The notes beneath the pieces were generated by a model. It was given only the letters and a program-made list of their open reading frames with translations, did no database searches and was not told the origin of the DNA. A program made the translations under genes and the position numbers. Positions 14,252-25,600 of a stretch of 64,000 bases of DNA are shown here, one piece after another (the first letter of the stretch is position 1; the number at the start of each line of letters is the position of its first letter). The stretch spans positions 25,544,001 through 25,608,000 of the forward strand of contig OZ241834.1 in NCBI GenBank assembly GCA_965202585.1, read 5' to 3'. Source of the stretch: Thalia democratica. Lineage: Eukaryota.

Positions 14252-15181
14252 ATGAACATTTCGTTTGAAAACGCGACACTGAAGGTAGACCTGTCCACCG
14301 GCGCTTTCTCACTGAGAGACTTCGCGTTTCAGGCTTGCAACCAGGTAGTCGCAACCTACATCCTACTCACCTCCTTGGTGTACCAGCTCACGACGGAGCG
14401 GCACAAAACAAAGTCGAAGGAGAACAAGATTTTAAACATACTGTGCGTCTTCAACGTGCTGTGCGCTTTCGTCTGCGTCTCCAAGGACCTTCCCGTTTTG
14501 TACATGGACAACAAGCCCGGTCTCTTCTGCGACCTGGTGGTCAGCATTCTGGGCGGCGGCCCCTACTTCCTCGGGTTGCTGACGGCGTTCGGCATGCTGT
14601 GGTACCGGCAGTACAAGCTCTACTCCTCCCCCGTGCTGAAACCTTTCGACGGGTTCAAGCTGGCGAACTGCTTCCTGCTGGGCTGCTTCGTCGTCCTGGT
14701 GCTCGCCTGCACCGTCGTCTTCCTGTACGACTCGGACTGGGCGCAGGTGAACTCGACGTGCGTGCAGGTGTTCACCGGGAGGATCGACAGCAGCGCGGTG
14801 CTCGCCTCCTACTGCGCCGTCACCGTGTTCTGCCAGTGCGTGCTGTTCGCGTTCATCGCGCACCCGGTCGCCTGCCGCGAGCACATCAACCGCAAGGTGG
14901 GCGCCGACCTCAACAGGATGGTCAGGAGGCTGCTCGCGTGCACGGTCGGCTGCTGCCTGAGCTCGCTCCAACTGAACGTGTTCCTCATGCTGGTCACCAC
15001 CGGCCGGCTGTACCTGTACTGGCCCAACTTCGCCGGCTTGGACCTGGTCGTCACCGCGCTGTGCGTCACCGGCACGTTCGCCAACTGGCGGGAGCGGCTG
15101 TTCCCGTTTTGCGGGAGGAGGAGGCCGGAGACGAGGGGGACCGTTGTGGTCAGGAGGGACTTTCGGAGCGGGGTGGCTTGA
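14252..15181 (+). CDS. Intronless orphan 7-transmembrane (GPCR-like) protein, 309 aa
   Basis: 930-bp ORF with very high GC3 in an AT-rich background and seven hydrophobic segments. It has N-terminal sequons (NIS, NAT), a Cys at the top of TM3 (FCDLVV) plus a Cys in ECL2 (TCVQV), LWYRQ at the DRY-equivalent position and FxxWRxRLFPF after TM7. I recall these last motifs from ascidian orphan 7TM families (not verified). Confidence 0.85.
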   Translation: MNISFENATLKVDLSTGAFSLRDFAFQACNQVVATYILLTSLVYQLTTERHKTKSKENKILNILCVFNVLCAFVCVSKDLPVLYMDNKPGLFCDLVVSILGGGPYFLGLLTAFGMLWYRQYKLYSSPVLKPFDGFKLANCFLLGCFVVLVLACTVVFLYDSDWAQVNSTCVQVFTGRIDSSAVLASYCAVTVFCQCVLFAFIAHPVACREHINRKVGADLNRMVRRLLACTVGCCLSSLQLNVFLMLVTTGRLYLYWPNFAGLDLVVTALCVTGTFANWRERLFPFCGRRRPETRGTVVVRRDFRSGVA

Positions 15182-16860
15182 AAGTGATGAGGTGGAAATG
15201 TGGAAAAAAAAATTGTAGGTTGTTAGTGGATGAGTATTTTACAGTAGTTAAGGTTATTGTATTTAATTTGCCTACCAAATTTTCTTACTAATTTAAATTA
15301 TAGGTACAATGGACTCGTTTGTTTAGAAAACCGCATTTTATGAATTAATAGTAAATTTGTAGGTTTATACAGTATGCTGTTATATATCAAAGTTGTTGTA
15401 TAGTGCTCTTGCTCTGTATTGAAAAACTATATTTCTATTTTTGTAAGTTAACGTTTATTTAAGAAAATACTTTTGTTTAGTTTGATTTTATATTTTTATT
15501 CCAAACGTACTTACAAAATTGTTTTATACTGATTCTAAAATAAGTTTTTTAAACTCTAAAGTAATTAACTTTGACTGCCATTAGAAAAAAAGTTATACTT
15601 TATCTTCTACTTCATAAATCCGTATAAGATGTTTTAAACCATGTTTGTCTTAAAAAAAGCAATTTATGTTTCAGTTTTTTACTGTTTCTAAGGTGTATTT
15701 TATTTGTTTTTTTGTAAATTGTTTGAAGCTTGTGATGGATGCAATATTTAGTAAATTACCTACTTTACATAGTTTTGAATAGTTAATGTTTAAAAAATAA
15801 TACAAACTGTCAGTTTATTCAAAATGTTGCGACTAAATTTTGCTTATAGCTTTATTGCAAGTTTGAAAATAGTGTAAGAAAACTAATATTTTAGAACTTG
15901 TTGAAATTGTTTTAATACTATTAAAAATTAAATAATACATTACAACTAATTTGTTTAAACTTAAAGGAACTGTTTAACAAGCAAACTAGTTAACTTTTGA
16001 CGATGTTTTGTAAAAATCAAAATAGTAGAAAAATTTTTATGCTGATCATTCTTAGTAAATAATACGTGTATTCTTTTTAACATTAGTCGCTTTTATATTG
16101 TTTACTATGTTTTTAACATTAGCTTTCTTTTTAACTTTGATAATAACAATTTTAGTAAACATAATCAAAAAGTAACCTTTAAGTCTATGCTGTTTCTAAA
16201 TTACGCTGAGTTATTTTTCTTTCATCAACTTTATCTAGTTAATTAAACCTATATATATATATACAATATATTTTGTAATGTTTTGAATATATAATGATTG
16301 TATGTATTTTCATTTACAAACTTATAAAGCGTTTAAAACAACTTAAACAATAACAATTTGAATAACAAAATTTCAAATAAAGAATGTTTTTTAGCTGTCT
16401 AGTTTCATACAGCAGAGTGCATCAAGCATTATATGCATTTTTATAACATCAATAAACATTTATAATTAATAAACTAATTGGCTAATATATTGCTAACGTC
16501 AATAAACAGTTTGACAGTCAAAGATATTGAACTTATCAACTCTTAACTTTAGCGAGTCATTTCTTTAATTAAAGATTCTTTTAAGCGTTTGATAATTCTC
16601 GTAATATTTACATTCTTAATTCGCATAAATATTTGTCAAGAAAACAATGTTTATGCATCAATAATGATAAGCAAAATGTTAATGTAGCTAGTCTTATCTT
16701 TTTATTTTGGTTGCTTATATTTTTAAATTCATAAAGCTTTGTTAAACATATTTTGTGGAAAACTTAACTTGATAACTTTTTTATTTTATTTTAAATTTTA
16801 TAAAACTTTCTAGATAAAGGAAAAATAAGAAATAGTCGTGAAAATAAATATACAAAAAGT
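15130..16860. repeat. Segmental duplicate (7TM C-terminus and 3' flank); second copy at about 34905-36410
   Basis: ttgtggtcaggagggactttcggagcggggtggcttgaaagtga matches ttgtggtcagggggtctttcagagcgggttaccttgaaagtga. This is followed by about 1.5 kb of collinear similarity (aatggactcgttt, ctaaggtgtattttattt, gtgatggatgcaatattta, cattcttagtaaa). Confidence 0.9.
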
Positions 16861-19663
16861 TTTCATTTAAAAATAAGTTGACTTCTCACACTAAATAGTT
16901 ACTTTTACAAGTAATTGAAAAATTTTGAAGGTTTTTTTTTGTATCGCTAAACCTAAAATATTTTTGAGCAAAATTTAGATATTAAACGAAAAGTTATTAA
17001 AACACTTCTACATTGATTTAAAGTTATTGATCGATGGTATCTTATTAACAATTGTCATTACAAAGCGTACAAATATCAAAGTTTTTTTTTTTTAACTAAA
17101 AAAAGTGCACTTTCATACTAAGTATTATACTCTTTTAGCGTACATTAAAATGTAAATAATATGTAAACTAAGCATTTTTTAATTTATTCAATACTCAACT
17201 CTGCATAACAAACTGAAAAAAATATTAGTGTCCTTGAGCAGTTATAATTTGTAGAAACTTTGGTTTTTGAAAGTCGTATAACCGCCATACAAATCAAATC
17301 GTGTTAATATATTACTGTCAGTTTAAATCAAAGTATTTTAAGTTATAATTTTCCCAAAGACATTGATAAGCTTATCTATAAATAACTAGTTCTTCTACAA
17401 ATCTCATTACTAATATATTTAGGTATTAATGCTTGCTATAAATAGAATTTTGAAAGCTTCAAAATCACAACAACGACCTTTACTTATATTTCAAGTTTTA
17501 TTTTAGTTTAGTTTATTTTCATTAATTTAATTTGGAATTTAGTCAATAAGTGTCAGTTTACTCTGATAAGTAGATAAATTCAATTTAATGCACATCTTTA
17601 AATGATTTTTTATTCTTAACTTGATACTATTGTGTTACAGATTGTTTGAAAGTAATTTTATTATTTTGTTTGTTAGTTAGTCTACTTTAAACAAACTATA
17701 ATAGGTTACATAAGTTTATAATTTACTTGGTAAAAGACTTACCGAACTAATAAGTGTTTTTCTTTGGTTAAAAACTCACTAGAAATCTTTGTGAACACAT
17801 TTTGTGAACAGACTTTGTGATAACATTTTAAATTTTATCAGTAAAAGTATTAAAGCAAATGTAAAACTGTCCATAACTAATATACGTTTTCTTTTTATCA
17901 AGCTCAAACTTTGAAAAAGTAAAATTTTATGTTTAAGAATAGTAGAATAAACCACAAAAATATTTCCAATTACTTAAATAATACTTAATATTACTAACTT
18001 AAAACATAATAATACTTAAAACATACATAACAGTTGCGAAAACAGTCGTACATTAAAACTTAGTGAGCAAAATAGTAGTAAAAAATCAATTACTTATTAG
18101 TTTTCAAAAGCATTGTTCATATATTTATTTTTCTATTTAAAAAAACTGAAATTATGTTAATTATAAATATAAGTTTTCAGTATACCGTAGTACTAATCAT
18201 AAAAGTATTTTACAATAAAATTTTAATACTGTAATCAGTTTTAAATTTGCGATCACCATCGAAACGACTTTAAGTTAAATATATGGTTTTAAACTTTATA
18301 AAAATGCAAATGAAAAACATTTTTTTAATAACCATATCCTTAAAAATATGCCTGACTTAATCTACTTACCTTACATCTAACAAAAAATATATGTATACTT
18401 TACATACAAGTTTATTGCAAAATCCAAAATAAAAAAGATTAAGAACATACGTTTCAAGTAGAGTTTTGCATGAAACGTATGTGCTCAGTTTACAAATTTT
18501 TCATTTTCTAACAAACTTATTCAAAAGCCCCTTCAAGTAAGTTCAGTACACAACGCAAAAACTTATTTATTCAACTTAATTTAAGTTGTAACTGTTTTCT
18601 TTTTATGATTTTGACATGTTTTTCTAGATTTTTTATTTAGAACACTGGTGAAGTCATTAATCGAAAATTAGTTTGCTAAAAATCCAATTAACTAAGTAAA
18701 AATTAAAATTAGGTTTATCAACGAATACATTTCTAATTAAATGTTTGTTATAGAGTGAAAAATTGTTTGATAAGAGGGTCATTTGTAAAAATTGTGTATA
18801 TAGGTTACTTATATTTTTTACATAAAACGAAGTAAAACTTAAAAAACTAGTAAAGTATAAAACAACTGTATAACTGTTTAACTAAATTTCATTAAAGTTC
18901 AACAAAAATTAGTGGAAATAAATGGTTTATAGGAAAATGTTTGATATAAAAATTTTTTGTTACTGGCTTAAATGTTGGTATATTTTATGACGCTGGTATA
19001 TTCATAACAGATAAGTATAAACTATTTTTTTTCGGACAAGCTTTACTACGCTGTTTAGTTTTACTAGATTAATATTTTATAGAACTTCTTTTATTTACTT
19101 TACTTTTTTTTTAGTTAAACTATGTTATAACCAATTTTAGAGAATTGCATCTTTAATAAAAGTAAAAAAGATAAAAAAAACTATATATTTGAAATTAGGT
19201 AATTAAAAACAAAAAGATTATAGCATAGAACTAAAAGCAATATTTCAGTTTTGCATACTTCCATCAAAAGTATACAGTATAAAATGTAAAGTTGTTGCTT
19301 ATAAACGTTACATACGATGCAGATTGTTTAAGTCATGTAAGTTATAACTTTGATTCAATGCTAATGCTTTGAGTTTTAAAACAATTATGTTCAAAGTAAG
19401 TTCTTAAGTTTACACGTTATAATAACTTTTCTTACACTGCCTTGTCTTTACAAAATGATCTTTTCTACACATTTTTTATTTACTTCAAGATAATAGAATA
19501 AGAACTTTTAACAACAATTGTTTAGTCTTATTTATGTGGAAGATTTATGTATGTTTTACAATAAACAACGATCCTAGGTTATTTTATATGCATTTTATAG
19601 TAACCATTGCCTAGTTTAAAGTTCATTAAAAAATCCACGTAAATACTACTGAACTATTTAAGG

Positions 19664-20508
19664 CGGAACGGGTCTAAATTGCGCGAAGACAAAATTGCAC
19701 GAGGTTACTAAATTGCACGTGGGGACTAAATTGCACGAGAACAAAGTTGCACGAGTGTACAAAATTGCACGAAGATACTTTTGCACGAAGACTAGTTTGC
19801 ACGCGGGCACAAATTGCACGAGGGGACAAAATTGCACGAAGACTATTTTGCACGGAAGCTCAATTTTGCACGAGTTACAGTTTTGCACGGAAGGTCAATT
19901 TTGCACGACAGACAGTTTTGCACGGAGGGTCAATTTCGCACAAAAAAGTAATAACTTAAAATAAATAAAGAAAAAATATATTAAAACCTTTATATTTTAT
20001 AAAAAAATAATAATCATGTATTAGTGTAATTAATTCAATTTGATTGAGTTTAATTAATTTTTTTTTTTTTTATTTATTTAATTTTTTTTTTTAATTGAAA
20101 CTAATTTTTTTGTGTTTAGAAACTAATATAAATTTAAAAAGTCTTTAATAAAAATAAAACTAGTATTTTATTTAAATAAAAATATTCCTTGTTAAAGAAT
20201 AAACATGTATTGATGTAAAATTGACCCTCCGTGCTTAATTGTCACTCGTGCAAAAATGGCCCTTCGTGCAAAAGTGTCTGCGTGCAAAATTGTCTGATCG
20301 TGCAAAAATATACCCACGTGCAAAAGTGTCTTCGTGCAAAAGTGAACCTTCGTGCAATTTTGTCTACGTGCAATTTTATCTTTGTGCAATTTTGTGCTCT
20401 CGTGCAAATTAGTCTTAGTGCAAAAGTATCTTCGTGCAATTTTGTGTTTTCGTGCAATTTAGTCCCCTCGTGCAATTTTGTACGCTCGCGCAATTTAGAC
20501 AGCTACCC
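19664..20508. mobile_element. Non-autonomous foldback/MULE-like DNA transposon with aaattgcacga subterminal arrays
   Basis: Termini are GGAACGGGTCTAAATTG and CAATTTAGACAGCTACCC. Arrays of ttgcacga and tcgtgcaa sit in opposite orientation. The flanks share atttaa (partial TSD). Same family as 40190-40731, in reverse orientation. Confidence 0.85.
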
Positions 20509-21649
20509 ATTTAAAAAAGTCGTTTTTTAAATAATTGTTTTCAATAAGATAAGATTTTTGTACATTTTTATAGCTTTCTTTAGTTTAAATTTAAGTTTAG
20601 CCATATATTCTAAGAGTTAATGTACTTATATTTTTTAAATAGTCAATGCAGTTATACGTGTTTTAGCATTAAACTATTAATTGTTAATGAATTTTCTATC
20701 TATACCTAATAAATACCATATGCTAAAGTTTTTTATCCGGTTACTTTTATCGATTTAAATTAATAATATTCAACTTTCATAGCTTTGTTTTGTTTATTTT
20801 AAAATATTTTAGTCTATTTACGGTCATATAACCTTTGCAATAAACTTTTCTAATAAAGCGTAAATGTTGAACTTATTAAATAAATAGGAATCAATTAATA
20901 CTAATAACTTGTTATATAATACTTAAATTATGCGCAATTTGTTTTTAAAATGTTATAAGTTAAGTTTGGTTGTGTTTAAATGTCTAGTACTAACTGGTAG
21001 TTTAATTAAACTAGATCAGTGTATACAACAACAAACTTTGTGGTAGGAATATAAATAAATCGATTGCATAACAAGTTTTCTTTTTATAAAAAGTACTTTT
21101 AAGTTTTATTTTCCTACTGTTAATAACCGTTTGTTCTAAATTTAAAATAAAGCAGTTTGGTAACTATAAAGTAACATTTTAATTTCAAGCTAGTTGAAAC
21201 AAAAGCAACTAAGTCAATAGAGTTAAGTAACAAATTAATTGCATAAAAACTTTGAAAATCCGTAAAACATAGACGTTATTCAAAACAAAAAGGAAACATA
21301 GTAAGTGAATACCAAATAACAATGCTTTGTATTTTGTTTTTATAAAACAAATAAAAGTATACTTTCAACTTCAAACATGCTTATCAAATAAAAAAACAAC
21401 GAGTAAAAGGCTACTAATTTAGTTAAATAAAAATTAAGACTAGCTAACTTTCTTAAATTCGGTTAGCTAATTTTATTATTTTTATTCTTTAAAAGCATAC
21501 TTGAAAAATATTCTTAATAGTTATTGATATATAGGTTTAACAAATATTCTAACTTTTTTCGTGTAGTTTTATATGATTTATTTCATAACTGTTCTACTAA
21601 ATTTTAAATTTTATTTTCACGTTTGTAAATTTAAGCTACATATCACAGT

Positions 21650-22510
21650 TAAGAAAATTTGAAGACACAAAGCAATAAAATTTATAAATAAAAATTTAAG
21701 TTTAAATATTGTAACTTAAATTAAATGCTAAACATTAAAAAACAAAATAACTATTGTCTGTATATGTATTGTAAATAGTCTAAACAAAAATAACTTTTAC
21801 TTTAATAGTCTTTGAAGTTTCTCCACTTTACTTGTTTTCTGTAAAATTAGTTTAAATAAAAAAAGGTTGAACAGTCTGCTTTACGCATTAGCTTTAATAA
21901 AACTGAATTTTACTTATTATTTTTGATAATCTTTAAAAACCAAACAAACAAACAAACAAAAAACCAAAGTGTATAAAACAAGCACAAGTTACAACTACCA
22001 GCTACTATCAGAAAATACAATTATTTGAGCAAGAAACAAATAATTTAGTAGCTATTTTATTATAATAATATTTAGAAAATAATAGTATATCACTTATAAT
22101 ACCTATTCAATTGATAATAAACGTTTAGAATTTTTTTTTACTTTAATAAAACTTATATTGTTAAAACAGACTAAATAATTATAACACCAAGGAATACTTT
22201 TAAAATTTAATACTTCTAAAACCTGTTAATTTCTAAAAATTTCTATTAAATCCATTTTAAATTATTCAAACAAGCTACCAAAGACAAACGAAAAGTTAAA
22301 CACACAAATTGAAAAATCTATACAACAAAAATTTGTATTGATTTATTTCGCAATTGAAGGTAAAATAAACAAAACCAGAGTAAATAAAAAAAACTTACTT
22401 CAAAGGACATTAAGATAACACGTAATAATTTAAATTAAGTCGATATTGCATAGAGCTTTCAATAAAAAAACATTACTAATAAAAATAATTTAAACAACTT
22501 TAGTTTGGAA
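21650..22510. repeat. Segmental duplicate (3' flank of the GT31 gene); second copy at about 36720-37450
   Basis: aagcacaagttacaactaccagctacta, aattgataataaacgtt, aaacaaaaccagagtaaat and ttacttcaaaggacatt are shared and collinear. Confidence 0.9.
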
Positions 22511-22663
22511 AACAGTTCGCTAAAAATTAATATCTAAGTTATAAAAATCAAGTTCTAACACTTAACTTTTTTTTTAATTAAATTTATTCTGGTAACTAGC
22601 TCATTGATGGTAAACTTTGAAAACTTAAAACTAGTTTCCAACCAAAAAATATTTAGAAAAAGT

Positions 22664-25600
22664 TTATTTAGGGAATAGGGGGCTGTCTTTTCTCAACTCG
22701 ACATCCCTAGTACATGTATGTTGCCATGGTAACGACGAATTCATAGTATTCCAGGGGTTTCTGAACTTGGCAACCAGATTTTTTGACAGGTGCTGCACCA
22801 TCTGCTTACCGACGAAGTTGACTACGTCATCGCTTGAACAAGTTACTTTGTGACGTAATACTCCTAAAGCATTATTACTCATTAATTTTAAATGTTTAAT
22901 GTTCAATTACTTTAACTAAAATGTTCTTTACAATATTAATAACTCAAACTGCAAAAAGTAAACGTCATATAAATGAGTTTGAAAATATTTGTTTTGGGCT
23001 AATAAAGAAAGCTTTATGAACAAACAGAGATTTTAAGTTATTATAAAAATACTGTTTAAAAATTGTAAAGTTATTTAAAGGTAAACTTAATTTAAAAAAA
23101 AGGTTGCTGTTTTGTTAAAAAATAATGTTATTTAACTTAATTACATTGGACTCTTTATAAATTTTTACAAATTACTTTTTATAACTTTACAAACATTTTT
23201 TTGGCTGAAAGTTTTTCAAGGTAAAGGTGATGTGATAAATGTTCAATTTTTTTTTCAATATGCTAAAAAAAAAAGTTATTTAGTTTTAAGGTTCATAAAA
23301 AGTCAAATAAAACCTAACATAATTACCTTAACATATATAAACTATACCAAACATTAATCAAGTTTAGCAACACCGACAATAACTTCTTATGAAGCTTATC
23401 TGAAGACAAGTTTAAAGAAAAAAAGTCTAACCGGTGATAAAAACGTCTTCAATATAAAAGTCGCCCTTTTCGATGATTTTTGCAGCGCAAACTAATTTTT
23501 CGACCATTTTCAGGCTCAAAGACCACATGCCTCCGTGGCAGTAGGTCGGGTAAAATTTTTCGCTGTACATGGCTTCAGATATATACCTGTTATATTCATT
23601 AATTGTATTTTATTGACTTGGTTACATAGAAGTAATATTAGTTTAATCGAGTTTAACTTTAAGTTTTACTTTTGTTGTATCAATTTGTAATTATTATAGG
23701 TTTTATAAATCTGATATACTTAAACTGCATTTAAAAAAATAATAGTTGTAATTGTTATAAAACCTATAGTAGACTCCTTGCTCCATTTAAAGAAGAGTCT
23801 ATAATAGTATTTTTGCGTTTAACGAACAAAACTGTATAACTGTTAAATAAATATCTCGTTTTAGTACAAACATATAAGTAGCTACATTTTATATTTTAAC
23901 TTGAAATTTCCTCAAAAAAATTTTGAAATCAGTTTTATATAGTCTACAAGTTGTCGTTTTTAAATTAACAGATTGAAATGTTAATCTAAGACTGTGATAT
24001 TAAGTAATCAACATTTAATAAATTGTTTAAAATTTATCAACATATTAGCGATGTCTACTTTATAAATTGAAGTGTAAAGTTAGTTGATATTAAAAAAATC
24101 TATATGGTTTATAAACTATTTTTTCGATTAAGTATTCTTTGCTTCATACTTTTTATGGCAATATTATTTTTTGTATTAAGTAATCAACTGGTTATTTTCT
24201 TAAGCAGCTTCATTCAAATTCAGTATGTCAGTTGTAAAAACTAGAACTTTAACTAGTTCAAAAATTAATCTAATGTAAAAAAGATCGTGAAAATTTAAGT
24301 AGCTTTGTTTATAACCTATTGTTTACCACCCGAAAACACAACTAAAGTTCAAATTTAACTATTTTCTACTTTTAATGTAGATGTAGTTCGAAAAATATTT
24401 TCAATAAACTAAATGAAACAATCTAAAAATTAAACTAGTTACTAAAATGAAAGACTAAAGCTAACACACTAATGCTACGTTTGCAATTTTATTCAAAGAT
24501 CTGCTTGAAAACATTTAACAAAACTATCAATTTCAAGTTAAAAATTCTTATATTAAAAATATTTGTTTTAAACTAAGGCAGTTAATAAGTTTTATTTCTT
24601 ATTTTTTTGATACAGAAACGCATTTTGATAATCCGTTTAAGATTAAACTTCGTAACTTACTACATTTTTGATAAATACACAACATTTCATATACCCTATT
24701 AATTTTTAGACTACAAAAATGCTTCGTATCGCTCATTAATTTATAGCTATTTTTTTACAAAGATTTAATAGAACAAAAGTATTAAAGCTCATAGCTTTAA
24801 AGTAATGTTAAAAATAATAATTCAAACCACTTAGACCTATTTATTAATAATTTAATTTAGATGCTCATTTGTATTAGTAATTTAAAATCAAGTGTTTGCT
24901 GTTTTAACAGAACACTACATTACTGTTAGTAAGTCTCATTAGAATTTAAAATTCAAAATAAAATTCAAAGTTAAAAAAAAATCAATAAGACTAAAATAAA
25001 ATAAATAAAAATTAAAACCATTTAGAATGTTTTATTCTTATTGTTCTCCCATTGTTAGTTTTTCTGAACCCGCAGAATATTTTGTTTCCATTTTCTCCAG
25101 AATGCAGGTCTTTGAAAGCGGTGTTAACGTTCATTACATTCATCAGGCAGTCGTCGTCTGTCACTGTCACCCAATCAGCTTCGAGATTTTGATCGCTCAA
25201 CCAATTGAAACCCGATAACACCTATGATACTTATGTCAACTTTTAAAACAAAGAGTTATATTTTATAAAAATTTGTTTTAAAACTTATAAATTTTTAGCG
25301 TAAAAATATAGAAAAAAAATTTTTATGATTTTTTAGATCGACTAATAGAAAACATCCTACGTTGACTTAAAGTTTTACTAGATTTGTAGCTTAATTTCAA
25401 AGTACTTTAGTTTTACTTTTTCTGTTATATGTCTTATAAATTTATTGTTTTAAATATTTAGTGCTTTTTCATTCCTTTAATTTTATTTTAAAGCACAAAA
25501 AATTACACTAGCAATTTCGATGTTACTTGTTTGTAAATCTGTTTTAAATTTTCATTAGTTATTTTCAATTCCATAAAAAAAAACTGTTTTATCATTGCAA

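Noticed and set aside
14252-15181. Horizontal transfer of the GC-rich intronless gene
   Set aside because: Exons of the clearly native SH3BP5 gene are similarly GC-rich, so composition is not evidence of foreign origin.
14335-15291. Overlapping alternative-frame and antisense ORFs (318, 179, 91 and 63 aa) over the 7TM gene
   Set aside because: These are expected shadows of very high GC3 (few stops). They are Arg/Pro/Gly-rich with no domain features.
19658-20530. LHE/CT-repeat ORFs (also at 38138-38543 and 40205-40426)
   Set aside because: They are translations of the ttgcacga repeat arrays of non-autonomous transposons.
24824-24845. Possible copy of the GT31 exon 4 end in its downstream intron (17/22 match); a similar weak match at about 26891 for exon 2
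   Set aside because: Mostly A/T matches in an A/T-rich background, so not distinguishable from chance by eye. Worth including in the genome-wide test.
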